Sequence record: SRR31156797_2854
Reading direction: 5' to 3' (one strand)
Length of the DNA stretch: 64,000 nucleotides
The notes under the pieces were generated by a model, which was given only the letters and a program-made list of their open reading frames with translations, was not told the origin of the DNA and searched no databases. Position 1 is the stretch's first letter. Every line of letters starts with the position of its first letter. The translations under genes and the position numbers were made by a program. Of this stretch, positions 28,337 to 38,939 are shown piece after piece.

Positions 28337-29398
28337 ATGAAAATAATGAAACGAATTCTTTTCAGTTGTTTGTTGATTGCTTCGTTTGCGATAAACTTAA
28401 GCGGACAGGATAAACCTCTTGTTTATATTCTTGCTACCGGTGGAACCATAGCCGGTGTTGGTGCTTCCGAAACCAGTGCCGGATACACTGCAGGTGTGGT
28501 CTCGGTTGATCAGATTATCGAATCAACGCCGGGCATTCTGGAATTGGCAGAAATCAAAGGTGAACAGGTTGTAAACATCCCCAGCCAGGACATAACTGAA
28601 ACCGACTGGCTGATCATTGCCAAACGGGTCAACCAGTTACTTTCGCAGCCCGAAGTCTCAGGTATCGTGATTACCCATGGTACCGACACCATGGAAGAAA
28701 CTGCCTATTTCCTTAACCTGGTGGTGAAAAGTGATAAGCCCGTTGTGCTGGTTGGGTCGATGCGCCCCTCAACCGAAATAAGTGCCGATGGTCCAATGAA
28801 TGTTTATGAAGCTGTGGCCGTAGCTGTTAGTCCGCTGTCTAAGGACAAGGGCGTGATGATCGTAATGAATGACAAAATCCTGAGTGCCGATGATGCATTA
28901 AAAACATTGACCACCGCGCCTGAAACTTTTAAATGTGCCAATTATGGCTTTTTGGGATACGTGTGGGACAGCAAGCCAATCTTTACACGCCAAACTGTTG
29001 CCAGGCATACAATACACAGTGAATTTGATATCGCAGATGTGCATATCCTGCCTGAAGTTACCATTGTTTATGGGTATGCCGGAATTGACTCCCTTTTTGT
29101 TACAACAGCAATCAGTAATGGAGCAGACGGAATCGTATATGCCGGGGTGGGTAACGGAAATCCAAATGCTTCAAATATGAATGCATTGGCTGATGCTGTT
29201 AAACAGGGAATACTCGTGATACGTTCTTCCAGAGTTCCATTTGGCCCTACCACACAACACGACGAGGTAAATGATGACAAATATGGGTTCTCAGCATCCT
29301 GGTTTAAAACGCCAGAGAAATCAAGGATTTTGTTAATGCTGGCATTGATGAAGACAACTGATTACAAGGAAATCCAGAGAATATTTTTGGAATATTAG
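28337..29398 (+). CDS. ansB: Type II (secreted) L-asparaginase
   Basis: Signal peptide; ATGGTIAG, ITHGTDTMEETAYFL, GSMRPST, GVGNGN. Confidence 0.93.
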   Translation: MKIMKRILFSCLLIASFAINLSGQDKPLVYILATGGTIAGVGASETSAGYTAGVVSVDQIIESTPGILELAEIKGEQVVNIPSQDITETDWLIIAKRVNQLLSQPEVSGIVITHGTDTMEETAYFLNLVVKSDKPVVLVGSMRPSTEISADGPMNVYEAVAVAVSPLSKDKGVMIVMNDKILSADDALKTLTTAPETFKCANYGFLGYVWDSKPIFTRQTVARHTIHSEFDIADVHILPEVTIVYGYAGIDSLFVTTAISNGADGIVYAGVGNGNPNASNMNALADAVKQGILVIRSSRVPFGPTTQHDEVNDDKYGFSASWFKTPEKSRILLMLALMKTTDYKEIQRIFLEY

Positions 29399-29632
29399 CC
29401 CGCAAAAACCTGAGAAATTAGCCGGGAATATGTTGATCGTCAAGGCTCTGATATTACTCATTGTGGTTTTGAATTTTGATTGAAGTTCAGGTATATATTA
29501 TGATCATCTAATCCAACCAATTAAACAAATTTTTTACGCCGTTGGCGTGAAATAATTCGATGATAATTAACAACTATAATTTAAATCAGAACCATCGTTA
29601 TTAAAAAGGGAAAACTATTGGATATTTAAAGT

Positions 29633-29667
29633 AAAAAGAGGCTATCCAAAAATTTTGGACAGCCTCT
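29633..29667. terminator. Intrinsic terminator downstream of mscS
   Basis: AGAGGCTATCCAA / TTGGACAGCCTCT stem; A-run on the left gives a U-tail on the minus strand. Confidence 0.75.
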
Positions 29668-29695
29668 ATAATTTCTAAAAATTCGTGTCTTAATT

Positions 29696-30508
29696 CTACT
29701 TCGCGTTGAAAAGGTGAACGTCAGTTTGTGGGAAAGGAATAGAAACGCCTTCTTTGTCAAATGCCTTCTTCACATTTTCGGTCATATCAAAGAAAACTCC
29801 CCAATAGTTGGCTGCTTCAACCCAGGTACGAACCACGAAGTTTACAGAGCTGTCTGCCAATTCAGAAACAGCAACAAAAGGTGCCGGATCTTTCAAAATC
29901 CGTTCATCAGCAGCAATCAATCCGTCAAGAATTTCGCGTGCTTTATCAATATCGTCGCTATAGCCAATGCCAAATGTAAAGTCGACCCGACGCTGGGGCT
30001 CGGTTGAGAAGTTTGTCATCGGGCCGGTTGCCAGGCCACCATTTGGAATAATAATCGTTTTATTATCCGGAGTTTTGAGAATGGTATTAAAGATACCGAT
30101 TTCAAAAACGCTTCCACTAAAACCCTGAGCGCTGATAAAATCACCCACTTTAAAGGGTTTGAAAAGGATGAGCATAACACCACCGGCAAAGTTCTGGAGT
30201 GTGCCTGAGAGCGCCATACCAACGGCCAAACCAGCAGCAGCAAGAATAGCTACAAATGAGGTCATCTCAACACCTACCATCGAAATCACGCTGATGATAA
30301 GCATGATCTTGAGTATTATACCAAGTATCGATCCGAGGAATTTACGGAGCGTAGGGTCTACCTCACGCTTTTCCATTCCTTTTCTGATGCCGCCCATAAT
30401 CATTTTGATCACCCATAAACCGATGATAAGCGTTACTAACGCAAGCAAAAGATCAATGGCAAAATCCTGGATCAATGGCAGGATATCTTTCAGGTTAAAA
30501 TCTTCCAT
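29696..30508 (-). CDS. mscS: Small-conductance mechanosensitive channel
   Basis: AAAGLAVGMALSGTLQNFAGG, KPFKVGD, IIIPNG, SIPFPQ. Confidence 0.93.
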   Translation of the reverse strand: MEDFNLKDILPLIQDFAIDLLLALVTLIIGLWVIKMIMGGIRKGMEKREVDPTLRKFLGSILGIILKIMLIISVISMVGVEMTSFVAILAAAGLAVGMALSGTLQNFAGGVMLILFKPFKVGDFISAQGFSGSVFEIGIFNTILKTPDNKTIIIPNGGLATGPMTNFSTEPQRRVDFTFGIGYSDDIDKAREILDGLIAADERILKDPAPFVAVSELADSSVNFVVRTWVEAANYWGVFFDMTENVKKAFDKEGVSIPFPQTDVHLFNAK

Positions 30509-30545
30509 GGTTTTAAATTTTTAAATTAGTATTGATTTTTATTGC

Positions 30546-31517
30546 TTAAAAATTGTATGCAATGCCAATTCCAAAAGTTTGGAGTACCTGCAGTTTATCG
30601 TTTGGTTCAGGCTCTTCTTCTCCGGAAAGCACGGCGCGATCGATAAATACATCGCCTGGCATGTATGCCATGTGAACAAACAAGTTTGCTGACAGCCATT
30701 CGTTAACTTTCAGGTTAAGAAAAGTTTGCCAGTTCATATCAAGAGGCATCCTGTCGTCAGGAATATTATTATCCTTTAGGTAATTGTAAAAAAGGTTCAG
30801 GCGTGACTCGAGGTTTACGTTGGTAAACAAATCCTTTTTGAAATAGAATTCAACAAATGCGCCCACTTTAATTTTCATTTTTTTGCCATCGGCGGTTTTT
30901 ATCCGGGTTGAATCTCCATCATTCACCACCCATTCATATTCAGCCACATCCACACCGTATGCACCAATATCAGCAAGTTCCTGGTCGTTAACAAAAACTG
31001 CACGCATTGTAGCCGGTGAAATGAGAATGCTAAAAAAATCAACAGGTTTATAAAGCAAACCAGGAGCTACATTTAAATAACCAGGAGCTAAAAACTTAGA
31101 AACCACTGTTGAATCATCAGGATAGTTGTAACCGTTGGCGAATTGTGAAGTGAAGTTGACCTGGCCTGATGCACTCCAGTTTTTCGAAAACTTTTGATTG
31201 AACTGTGAGATCAGTTCGATAAGGTCTTCATTTTTACGCAGGTTTTCGTAGCTTTCATTTTTAACAATGCCGTACTTAAGGTTTATGGAGTTGTTAACTG
31301 AGAAGTTTCCACTGGTATAGTCGGCAAAATATTTTCCAACTGCCGTAAACGCATATGAATTCTCACCACCAGCAGTCCAGTTTGAAAACGTCGACTGGTT
31401 AAAAGTTACACTCAACAAGCCGCTTCTTTTCCATGGACCTGTAGTATCAGCCGCATTTTGAGCGGAAGCAGTAAAAAAGGCAAATAAAATTGCAAAAAGG
31501 ATAAATGGTTTTTTCAT
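30546..31517 (-). CDS. DUF3078-family outer membrane beta-barrel protein
   Basis: Signal peptide; FNQSTFSNWTAGGENS, SQFANGYNYP, SKFLAPGY; C-terminal YNF. Confidence 0.85.
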   Translation of the reverse strand: MKKPFILFAILFAFFTASAQNAADTTGPWKRSGLLSVTFNQSTFSNWTAGGENSYAFTAVGKYFADYTSGNFSVNNSINLKYGIVKNESYENLRKNEDLIELISQFNQKFSKNWSASGQVNFTSQFANGYNYPDDSTVVSKFLAPGYLNVAPGLLYKPVDFFSILISPATMRAVFVNDQELADIGAYGVDVAEYEWVVNDGDSTRIKTADGKKMKIKVGAFVEFYFKKDLFTNVNLESRLNLFYNYLKDNNIPDDRMPLDMNWQTFLNLKVNEWLSANLFVHMAYMPGDVFIDRAVLSGEEEPEPNDKLQVLQTFGIGIAYNF

Positions 31518-31777
31518 GTTTTAAAATAAATTACAATTATACATTAGTTTTCAATCCAATTAAAATATACATATAATCTATATGTGTTTTTTTCGGCTGC
31601 AAAGAAACTCAAAGATATCCATATGTGATTGACCGGTTAAAAATCGTTTGTAGGATTTTTGAAAATTTAACACAAATAGTCCCCCATATTGATGGCATAA
31701 GCTAAAACAGCCTCAGAAGAATAGACAACTTGCTGAATTTAAGACCTTAAACACAGATACTGCAAATTCAAATCGGG

Positions 31778-34258
31778 CTAATATATCTCATCGTTATTTC
31801 TATAACCCGAATAATCCAGATACCAGTCGTTATAGATGGTGCCACCGGATTCCGCCCAGGTACCAAAATGGTTGTATGCATCAATGATCTGTACTTTTTC
31901 TATCGGGTAATCGAATGGCTCAACCAAAAACATGGCCCATGGCAGGTTGGTTGTTGTAACAAAGTAAATCCCGGCAATTGGATTGGAAGCATCATCTCCG
32001 GTACCAAAAATATCAGTATCCATGAAATCTGTTGGAGGATAGTCAGGTAAATGAATTTCAACATCCCGGTTTTTCGATTTAATGATAAAAGGATTGAAGT
32101 AATCCAGGTCGATTAATGCCGGATCCTGGGGTTCTCCAAAAGTCATTACAATATGGATCGTGTCGGAAGTTCCCTGTGGATTTTCCGGAATGGTGTTAAA
32201 GAATGACCCTCCCGGCCTGTTGATCACGTCATTTATACTTTCTGTAACAATCACCACAGCTTTCGACTGGCCTTCTTCAGTGCCGTTGGAAGCAAGGCTT
32301 ACATAACCTTCTTCAAGCACATGTCCGGTAACCGAAGCCAGCATATCCGGGGTCAGGCTTTCGTATTGAAAACCAAAACCGTTGTCGAGCGATGCACCAA
32401 CAGCTTTCACCGAAAAGTCGAACTTCAGGTCTACAACAAGATCATTGGCATTGGTTACAAAACTGGCTTCGATGGCCATCACCAGATCATTAAAATCATA
32501 ATCACCTTTATAGGGCCACAAATCCTCGAATGCTATGGTTGCATACTGTTCCTGATCAGGGAAATATGAATTAAAAGCACGAAGCGGATCATTGGGATAT
32601 TCGTCCAAATCATCAGGAATACCATCCAAATCCATATCTACAATTGTTGGTATTCCAAATCCATCCGGGTTACAGATGCTAACCGGGAGGTAATTCACAG
32701 CGTTTTCAATGGTTGTTAAATAAGCGCCGTTGATAAAATTCTGTCCACCACCACCGGCCATTTCTCCGGAGGTATTGGCCACTTCGATGGCACCTGAAAA
32801 TTTATCTCCATTATTCCAAACTTCAATATCGTCAATTATCACAACCGATGAAAGGCCGCCATCGCCATTCATATCACACTGCATGGTAAAGTCTTCAGCT
32901 ACTATCATGCAACTGCTATAAAGATCGATGCTTTTGTTGTTCCAAAAACTAATTCCTTCATCTGTTTTTAAATAACCGGTATTCATTGTGATTTTAACAC
33001 CACCTGAAAACTCCATGTTCTCCTTACTGAAAACAAAACAATTATTGGTAAAATCACCGTTGGTACTCACCTCAATTTCTTTTTCAATGTTGAATTCTCC
33101 ATTGTTTACCAACGATGCATTATCCCAAACATAAAAATCTTCGTTGATAAAAATTGAACCGTAATTTGTGAAAATGGTATTGTTCCCGTATTCCAGATCT
33201 TTTTCAGCATTGATCGTTCCCTGATTTTCCATCGCAGAGCCCTGGCCATAACAAGAAAATTTATCTTTAACCAAAAGCTCACCTGCATTTACAAAGCTGA
33301 TTTTGTTAAGGTCGAGTTTTTTGTCGTAAATCAATGATCCGTAGTTTTCGAGGGTACCTGCATGGTAGGAGTTTTTTTCAATTGTCATATTTCCATAATT
33401 GATCACTTCAGCATTACTCCCCCACACATCAAATTTCTTCACTTCAACTTCGCTACCTTCATAAACCGTAAAAGATGAATTCTCACCTAAATTTACGTCA
33501 TCAATATCTATTGTTGCATTTTGATATATGATAATGGAACCACCGCTCAAATCGATATTCTTACTGGTGTTTAGTTCACCGCCTTCAGCAACCACAATTT
33601 GTGAGCCACTGGTAATGTACTGGTTATTATTGATTTTGGCTGAACCACAAATACGTAAAGTCCCGCCACCATTCCAGTTTTCAAAGGTTATTTTCCCGTC
33701 AAAATCATCCAGGATACAATAGGTTTTACCGTCTTTAATTGACTTATTTCCGCCACCACTGAAGTATTCATCGCAACCCTCGTTGCAGTCGGGGCCGTCA
33801 TCAACAGATTTATACTGTGGCGTGCTGTAGGTCATTTGTTTTTTAAAGGTGGAAAAAGTATGGGAAACCACACCGTTCTGGATGGGCACCATCATAGGAG
33901 TAACCGACCCAAATGGACTTTCATGTACTATATAAAGTTCTGATAAATACGGAGGCAAATTTAACCTGGCATTAAACGGGTTACCAGAAGCTGCCGATCC
34001 CGTAAGATAAAGCTTTCCGCCATCGTTTGGATCATCACTAAATACTGAAATCTTCGACTTTGGCTGGTATCCTTTTGGTTCATCAATATCAATCACGATT
34101 TCGACCGTCTGACGCACGTCCCAGGTAAAATCGATTGGAACATTTAAATCTTCAACTTTTTGAGCAACTTCATTTTCTGCAATATCATTCAAACTACGTC
34201 GACATGACCATGACAAAACGATAAGTGCTGCGATAAAATAAATCCTGAGTTTACTCAT
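31778..34258 (-). CDS. LruC/DUF4842-domain surface lipoprotein with central beta-helix-like region
   Basis: Lipobox LSWSC after ATG 34258; DMDLDGIPDDLDEYPNDP, IAFEDLWPYKGDYDFNDLV, FNPFII, EIHL. Confidence 0.85.
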   Translation of the reverse strand: MSKLRIYFIAALIVLSWSCRRSLNDIAENEVAQKVEDLNVPIDFTWDVRQTVEIVIDIDEPKGYQPKSKISVFSDDPNDGGKLYLTGSAASGNPFNARLNLPPYLSELYIVHESPFGSVTPMMVPIQNGVVSHTFSTFKKQMTYSTPQYKSVDDGPDCNEGCDEYFSGGGNKSIKDGKTYCILDDFDGKITFENWNGGGTLRICGSAKINNNQYITSGSQIVVAEGGELNTSKNIDLSGGSIIIYQNATIDIDDVNLGENSSFTVYEGSEVEVKKFDVWGSNAEVINYGNMTIEKNSYHAGTLENYGSLIYDKKLDLNKISFVNAGELLVKDKFSCYGQGSAMENQGTINAEKDLEYGNNTIFTNYGSIFINEDFYVWDNASLVNNGEFNIEKEIEVSTNGDFTNNCFVFSKENMEFSGGVKITMNTGYLKTDEGISFWNNKSIDLYSSCMIVAEDFTMQCDMNGDGGLSSVVIIDDIEVWNNGDKFSGAIEVANTSGEMAGGGGQNFINGAYLTTIENAVNYLPVSICNPDGFGIPTIVDMDLDGIPDDLDEYPNDPLRAFNSYFPDQEQYATIAFEDLWPYKGDYDFNDLVMAIEASFVTNANDLVVDLKFDFSVKAVGASLDNGFGFQYESLTPDMLASVTGHVLEEGYVSLASNGTEEGQSKAVVIVTESINDVINRPGGSFFNTIPENPQGTSDTIHIVMTFGEPQDPALIDLDYFNPFIIKSKNRDVEIHLPDYPPTDFMDTDIFGTGDDASNPIAGIYFVTTTNLPWAMFLVEPFDYPIEKVQIIDAYNHFGTWAESGGTIYNDWYLDYSGYRNNDEIY

Positions 34259-34320
34259 TTTTTTGGTTTTTGTAATGCGATTATTACTGGTTTTATTCTG
34301 CAAGCCTCATCAAAAATAAT

Positions 34321-34359
34321 AAAAAAATGCAGGGAATGAGAATAAACCCTTCCCTGCAT
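34321..34359 (-). terminator. Intrinsic terminator not associated with an evident ORF
   Basis: Perfect 10-bp stem ATGCAGGGAA / TTCCCTGCAT followed by a U-run on the minus strand. Confidence 0.7.
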
Positions 34360-34545
34360 GCAATCATTATTAACCAAAAACAAACATTTAGATTCCATAC
34401 CCATTTCTGTTTTATTAAACCAGATCAAAACAAGTGCCATTTTTTGTAAAACGTTGATTTTATTCGCTTTACAATTTTCAATCCGAATTTTGAATGGAAT
34501 TTTGTGCCAATTTTGGGACAACTTCCAATATTGATAATCAAGGTA

Positions 34546-34582
34546 TAAAAAAAGCCGCAAACACTTTAGCGTTGCGGCTTTT
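34546..34582 (-). terminator. glyA terminator
   Basis: AAAGCCGCAA / TTGCGGCTTT stem with U-tail on the minus strand. Confidence 0.8.
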
Positions 34583-34603
34583 CCTAAAATTGGAATATAT
34601 GTA

Positions 34604-35890
34604 TTATCCGGCAAACAAAGGGAACTGCCCCATCATTTTATTCACTTCAGCCCTTATCTCATCAAGGATTTTCTCATTTTCTAAATTTGAGATTACCCGA
34701 TCAATGAATTCAACAATCGGCTCCATGTGCTCCTCTTTCAAACCGCGAGTTGTTATGGCTGGTGTCCCAATCCGAAGCCCTGAAGTCTGGAATGGACTCC
34801 TGTCGTCAAACGGAACCATGTTTTTATTCACGGTGATATCAGCCCGAACCAGGGTGTCTTCTACCTGGCGTCCTGTAATTTCGGGGAATTTAGTCCTAAG
34901 GTCGATCAACATCAAATGGTTGTCTGTTCCATCTGAAATCACATGATAACCACGATCAACAAATGCCCTGGCCATTACATTGGCGTTTTTCTTCACCTGT
35001 AGGATATAGTCCATAAACCCATCGGTGAGGGCTTCGCCATATGCCACTGCTTTTGATGCAATAACGTGTTCAAGTGGCCCACCCTGGATTCCAGGAAATA
35101 CCGCTGAATTCAAAATCATCGACATTTTTTTCACTGTTCCTTTCTTGGTGGTCAGGCCCCAGGGATTTTCAAAATTTTCACCCATCAGTATCATACCACC
35201 ACGCGGGCCACGCAATGTTTTATGTGTGGTGGTTGTAACGATGTGGCAGTGTGGCAACGGATCATTCAAAACACCCTTGGCGATTAAGCCGGCAGGGTGC
35301 GCAATATCCGCCATAAGCAGTGCACCAATTTCATCAGCAATTTCGCGCATACGTTCAAAATCCCAATCGCGGGAATAGGCAGATGCACCGGCAATGATCA
35401 ATTTTGGCTTTTCTTCCAGTGCTGTCTTTTCCATCTGGTCATAGTCGATCAGCCCGGTGTCTTTGCTAACACCATAAGATACCTGGCGATAAAGAATTCC
35501 TGAAGAGTTTACCGGCGAGCCGTGTGAAAGGTGGCCACCATGTGAAAGGTCGAGACCCATGAATGTATCACCTGGCTTGAGGCAAGCAAGGAATACAGCC
35601 ATATTGGCCTGTGCGCCGGAGTGAGGCTGCACGTTGGCATATTCGGCGTTAAATAATTCTTTGGCACGATCGATGGCCAGTTGTTCGGTTTGGTCAACCA
35701 TTTCGCAACCGCCGTAATATCTTTTTCCGGGATATCCTTCTGCATATTTGTTGGTCATCACCGAACCCATAGCTTCGAGCACCTGATCGCTTACAAAGTT
35801 TTCTGATGCGATCAACTCGACGCCTTTCATCTGGCGTTCTCTTTCCTGTTTTATAATATCAAAAACCTGGGTATCTCTTTCCATTTCCAA
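34604..35890 (-). CDS. glyA: Serine hydroxymethyltransferase
   Basis: [45 protein letters not shown]. Confidence 0.98.
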   Translation of the reverse strand: MEMERDTQVFDIIKQERERQMKGVELIASENFVSDQVLEAMGSVMTNKYAEGYPGKRYYGGCEMVDQTEQLAIDRAKELFNAEYANVQPHSGAQANMAVFLACLKPGDTFMGLDLSHGGHLSHGSPVNSSGILYRQVSYGVSKDTGLIDYDQMEKTALEEKPKLIIAGASAYSRDWDFERMREIADEIGALLMADIAHPAGLIAKGVLNDPLPHCHIVTTTTHKTLRGPRGGMILMGENFENPWGLTTKKGTVKKMSMILNSAVFPGIQGGPLEHVIASKAVAYGEALTDGFMDYILQVKKNANVMARAFVDRGYHVISDGTDNHLMLIDLRTKFPEITGRQVEDTLVRADITVNKNMVPFDDRSPFQTSGLRIGTPAITTRGLKEEHMEPIVEFIDRVISNLENEKILDEIRAEVNKMMGQFPLFAG

Positions 35891-36042
35891 TTGTGTTTAA
35901 ATGTGTAAAACGTGTTTGAATTCAATGCTCTGCGGGCAAAATTAGCATTTTATTCCGAAAGGATTTGGAAGAAGTATTCCCAAATTTACTTTCAAAATAT
36001 TACTGAAAATGAGGCGGGAAAATAAGCGGAGCAAATGGGAAG

Positions 36043-37521
36043 TTACCGCAGTTTTTCGAAATCTATGGAGATGTCCTCCTGCTCACGGAAATCATATAGG
36101 GTGAGCTTGCGCAATTCATAATAGTTTCGCCAATAGGTTTGCAGGCTCTGGATAAAATTAATCCTTGACTGGTCGCTGCTTGATTGGGCATCCCGCAAGT
36201 TGATGATGTCTACGTTGCCAATCATATAACGCTGTTTTGAAATTTCAAAGCCTTTGGTAGCAACGGTATCTGCTTTGGCAGCAATCCCGAGCTGGCGCTG
36301 CTGCATCATAAAGTTTTGCACCTGGAGATAAACATCCTGCTCAAAGTCGATACGCTCCTGTTCCACAGCAGTCCTCACAATTTCACGGTCAGACTCGGCC
36401 ATTTTGATGCGTCCTTTTGCAAGCCCCCAATCTAAAATCGGGATGGAAAGTCCAAGCGAAACCTGTTGTGAATTTTGCGGGTTTTTATAAACCTCACCAA
36501 GCTGCTCGGCATTTTGCGACATCCCGTACTGCGCATACAGGTTGGCACTGAACCGGTCGGTTGTCTGGGCACGGTTCACCTCGCGGTCGGCCTCCAGAAG
36601 TCTGCGCTCGAAGGCCAGCATGGACGAGTTGTTGAGCTTTGCCCTGGCCACGGCCTCATCAATTTTAACATCAAAAAACGTGATTTCCTTTACCGGCGGT
36701 ATCAGTTCAACAGGTGTATCATCCTTCATTCTCAAGAAAGACTTTAACTGAAACATCCGGTTTTCAAGGTCGATGAGGTTACTTTCGACGGCAGCTTGAG
36801 CCTGTAGTAAACTCAGCTCAAGTTGCAACAGATCGTTTTCGGGAATTTTACCGAGGTTAAAACGTCCGACACCAATTTTGTAGAGTGTGTCGTAGTTGGC
36901 TTCGTTTTGTTCCTGGATCTTTTGCCGGATCTGTGCTATCAGCAACCTGAAAAAATAGTCTGTGGCAGTAATCGCGATCTGCTCAACATCCTCCAGATAC
37001 TGTTGCTTGGCCTCGTTGTATTTTATGGGATCGATTTTTTTGGACCATTTAAATCGATTGAAAGTAAAGATATTTTGCTGATAACCCACAACCAATGGCG
37101 AGCTCAACCATGCCGCCGAATCGGAATCCAGGTAATCAATGCGTTGAAGTTGAGAGGAAAGAAATACACTTCCCCCGGTAAGCCCGACATTTTTTCTCAA
37201 TGAGATCCCCGCAGATGTATTGGCCTGCGATATTTCGCGGAAGGCATCAGAACCATCCGGCTGTGTTACGCTGATGATGGACCGGTTAAAATTTGGCACC
37301 ATGGCGTCCAGGCGCAATTCAGGCAACAGTTCGGCTCTGGATGTACGCATTTCCCAGAATGCCTTTAAAAAGCGGTTTTTGGCCGAAAGTGCATCCGGAG
37401 ATTGGGTTTGGGCAATTTCGATAACTTCCTCGAGGGTAAGCTGGCGCTGGAGTACCTGGCCGGTCGCAAATTGAGAGAATGCAAGAAGAATGATAACCGT
37501 AAATATCTTAAATCTGATCAT
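36043..37521 (-). CDS. TolC-family outer membrane efflux protein
   Basis: Signal peptide; LTLEEVIEIA, LSIPILDWG, helical repeats. Confidence 0.9.
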   Translation of the reverse strand: MIRFKIFTVIILLAFSQFATGQVLQRQLTLEEVIEIAQTQSPDALSAKNRFLKAFWEMRTSRAELLPELRLDAMVPNFNRSIISVTQPDGSDAFREISQANTSAGISLRKNVGLTGGSVFLSSQLQRIDYLDSDSAAWLSSPLVVGYQQNIFTFNRFKWSKKIDPIKYNEAKQQYLEDVEQIAITATDYFFRLLIAQIRQKIQEQNEANYDTLYKIGVGRFNLGKIPENDLLQLELSLLQAQAAVESNLIDLENRMFQLKSFLRMKDDTPVELIPPVKEITFFDVKIDEAVARAKLNNSSMLAFERRLLEADREVNRAQTTDRFSANLYAQYGMSQNAEQLGEVYKNPQNSQQVSLGLSIPILDWGLAKGRIKMAESDREIVRTAVEQERIDFEQDVYLQVQNFMMQQRQLGIAAKADTVATKGFEISKQRYMIGNVDIINLRDAQSSSDQSRINFIQSLQTYWRNYYELRKLTLYDFREQEDISIDFEKLR

Positions 37522-37593
37522 GGTAATGATTTCATTAAAGGACTAAAAAATTATCACAGTCGGGTGCTGAAAATAATACGCATCATTTCATTT

Positions 37594-38922
37594 TTAATCG
37601 TGACGTAACGAGGTTACCGGATCCTGATGAGCAGCTCTTCGTGCCGGCATCAGGCCAAATACAATGCCCACAGTTGCCGATACACCAAATGAAATCACGA
37701 TTGACATAAAAGACACAATCGTGAGAATATCTGTAACCTGCATGATTACTTTGGCAAGGATCACCCCAAGGATCACCCCGATAAAACCACCTGAAATACT
37801 AATGAGTGTTGCCTCTGCAACGAACTGAAAAATAATGTCAGTCCGGCGGGCACCCATCGCCATCCTTACACCAATTTCACGAATCCTTTCCATCACTGAG
37901 GCCAACATAATATTCATGATACCGATACCACCAACAATAAGTGAAATACTGGCAATTGCGCCGAGCACAATATTAAAAATGTCCTTCGTCCGTTGCTGCT
38001 GCTTGAGTAAAAGTTCAGGGATCTTAATTTCGAAATCCTCCTGTCCGGCATGTCTCCTGGTTAGCATTCGTTTTACTATCCCTGCAGATTCAACCAGCCT
38101 CTCGCTGTCTTTCATCTGGATGATGACTTTGTCGAGCTGATTGTAATTTTTATTGGTGTTGTCGTTGTTGTTTCTGCGTAGATCGGCCTTTGTAATGAGT
38201 GATCTGTCTTTATACCTCAGCAATATGGTTTTGATGGGAACAAACACCGTGTTGTTAAACTCGCTAACTCCAAGATCTTTACTTGCAGATTCATCCACAA
38301 TTCGGCTTTTCAACACACCGATCACTTCAAGCCAGATATCACCACATTTAATTCTTTTACCAATGGGATTTTCCTGCTTAAAAAACCTGGCCCTGATGTC
38401 GGGACCGATAATACATACCGGTTGCCCGTTTTCCAGCTGATATTCATTAAACATGTCGCCCTTGAGCAACTCAATGTTGAACACTTCGAAAAATGCGGGC
38501 GTGACCCCGGAAAATTTGGCTGTTCGCTGTGTACCGGATTTTACAACCGGCACCTTATAAACCACCTCGGGGCTCACAAGCGAAACACCCGGAATAATAT
38601 CAACGAAGCTTTCGGCATCCGCCAGGGTTAATCCCGGCGAAAAGTTTTTACCCCGGCTTTCCGGGTCCTGTGATTCACTGTCTTCCTCCTCCGAATTCGC
38701 ATCTTCACCAGCTTCCGGAAGGATTGGAGTTATCACAATATTATTTACCCCTACCATTTTAATCTGGTCGAGGATCTCTTTTTGTGCACCCTTCCCGATG
38801 GCCATCATGGCAATTACTGCCGCCACACCAAAAATAATTCCCAGGGCAGTGAGTACCGATCTGAACTTGTTGGCAAAAACTGCCTCGACGGCTGAATTGA
38901 GATTATGTATGTGTCGTTTCAA
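37594..38922 (-). CDS. MacB/FtsX-type ABC permease without NBD
   Basis: RSVLTALGIIFGVAAVIAM, GGIGIMNIMLASVMERIREIGVRMAMGA. Confidence 0.92.
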   Translation of the reverse strand: MKRHIHNLNSAVEAVFANKFRSVLTALGIIFGVAAVIAMMAIGKGAQKEILDQIKMVGVNNIVITPILPEAGEDANSEEEDSESQDPESRGKNFSPGLTLADAESFVDIIPGVSLVSPEVVYKVPVVKSGTQRTAKFSGVTPAFFEVFNIELLKGDMFNEYQLENGQPVCIIGPDIRARFFKQENPIGKRIKCGDIWLEVIGVLKSRIVDESASKDLGVSEFNNTVFVPIKTILLRYKDRSLITKADLRRNNNDNTNKNYNQLDKVIIQMKDSERLVESAGIVKRMLTRRHAGQEDFEIKIPELLLKQQQRTKDIFNIVLGAIASISLIVGGIGIMNIMLASVMERIREIGVRMAMGARRTDIIFQFVAEATLISISGGFIGVILGVILAKVIMQVTDILTIVSFMSIVISFGVSATVGIVFGLMPARRAAHQDPVTSLRHD

Positions 38923-38939
38923 AGCGGGTAGGGTTCTGT

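Noticed and set aside
34255-34614. 119-aa ORF between glyA and the LruC gene
   Set aside because: Spans two terminators and overlaps both neighbours
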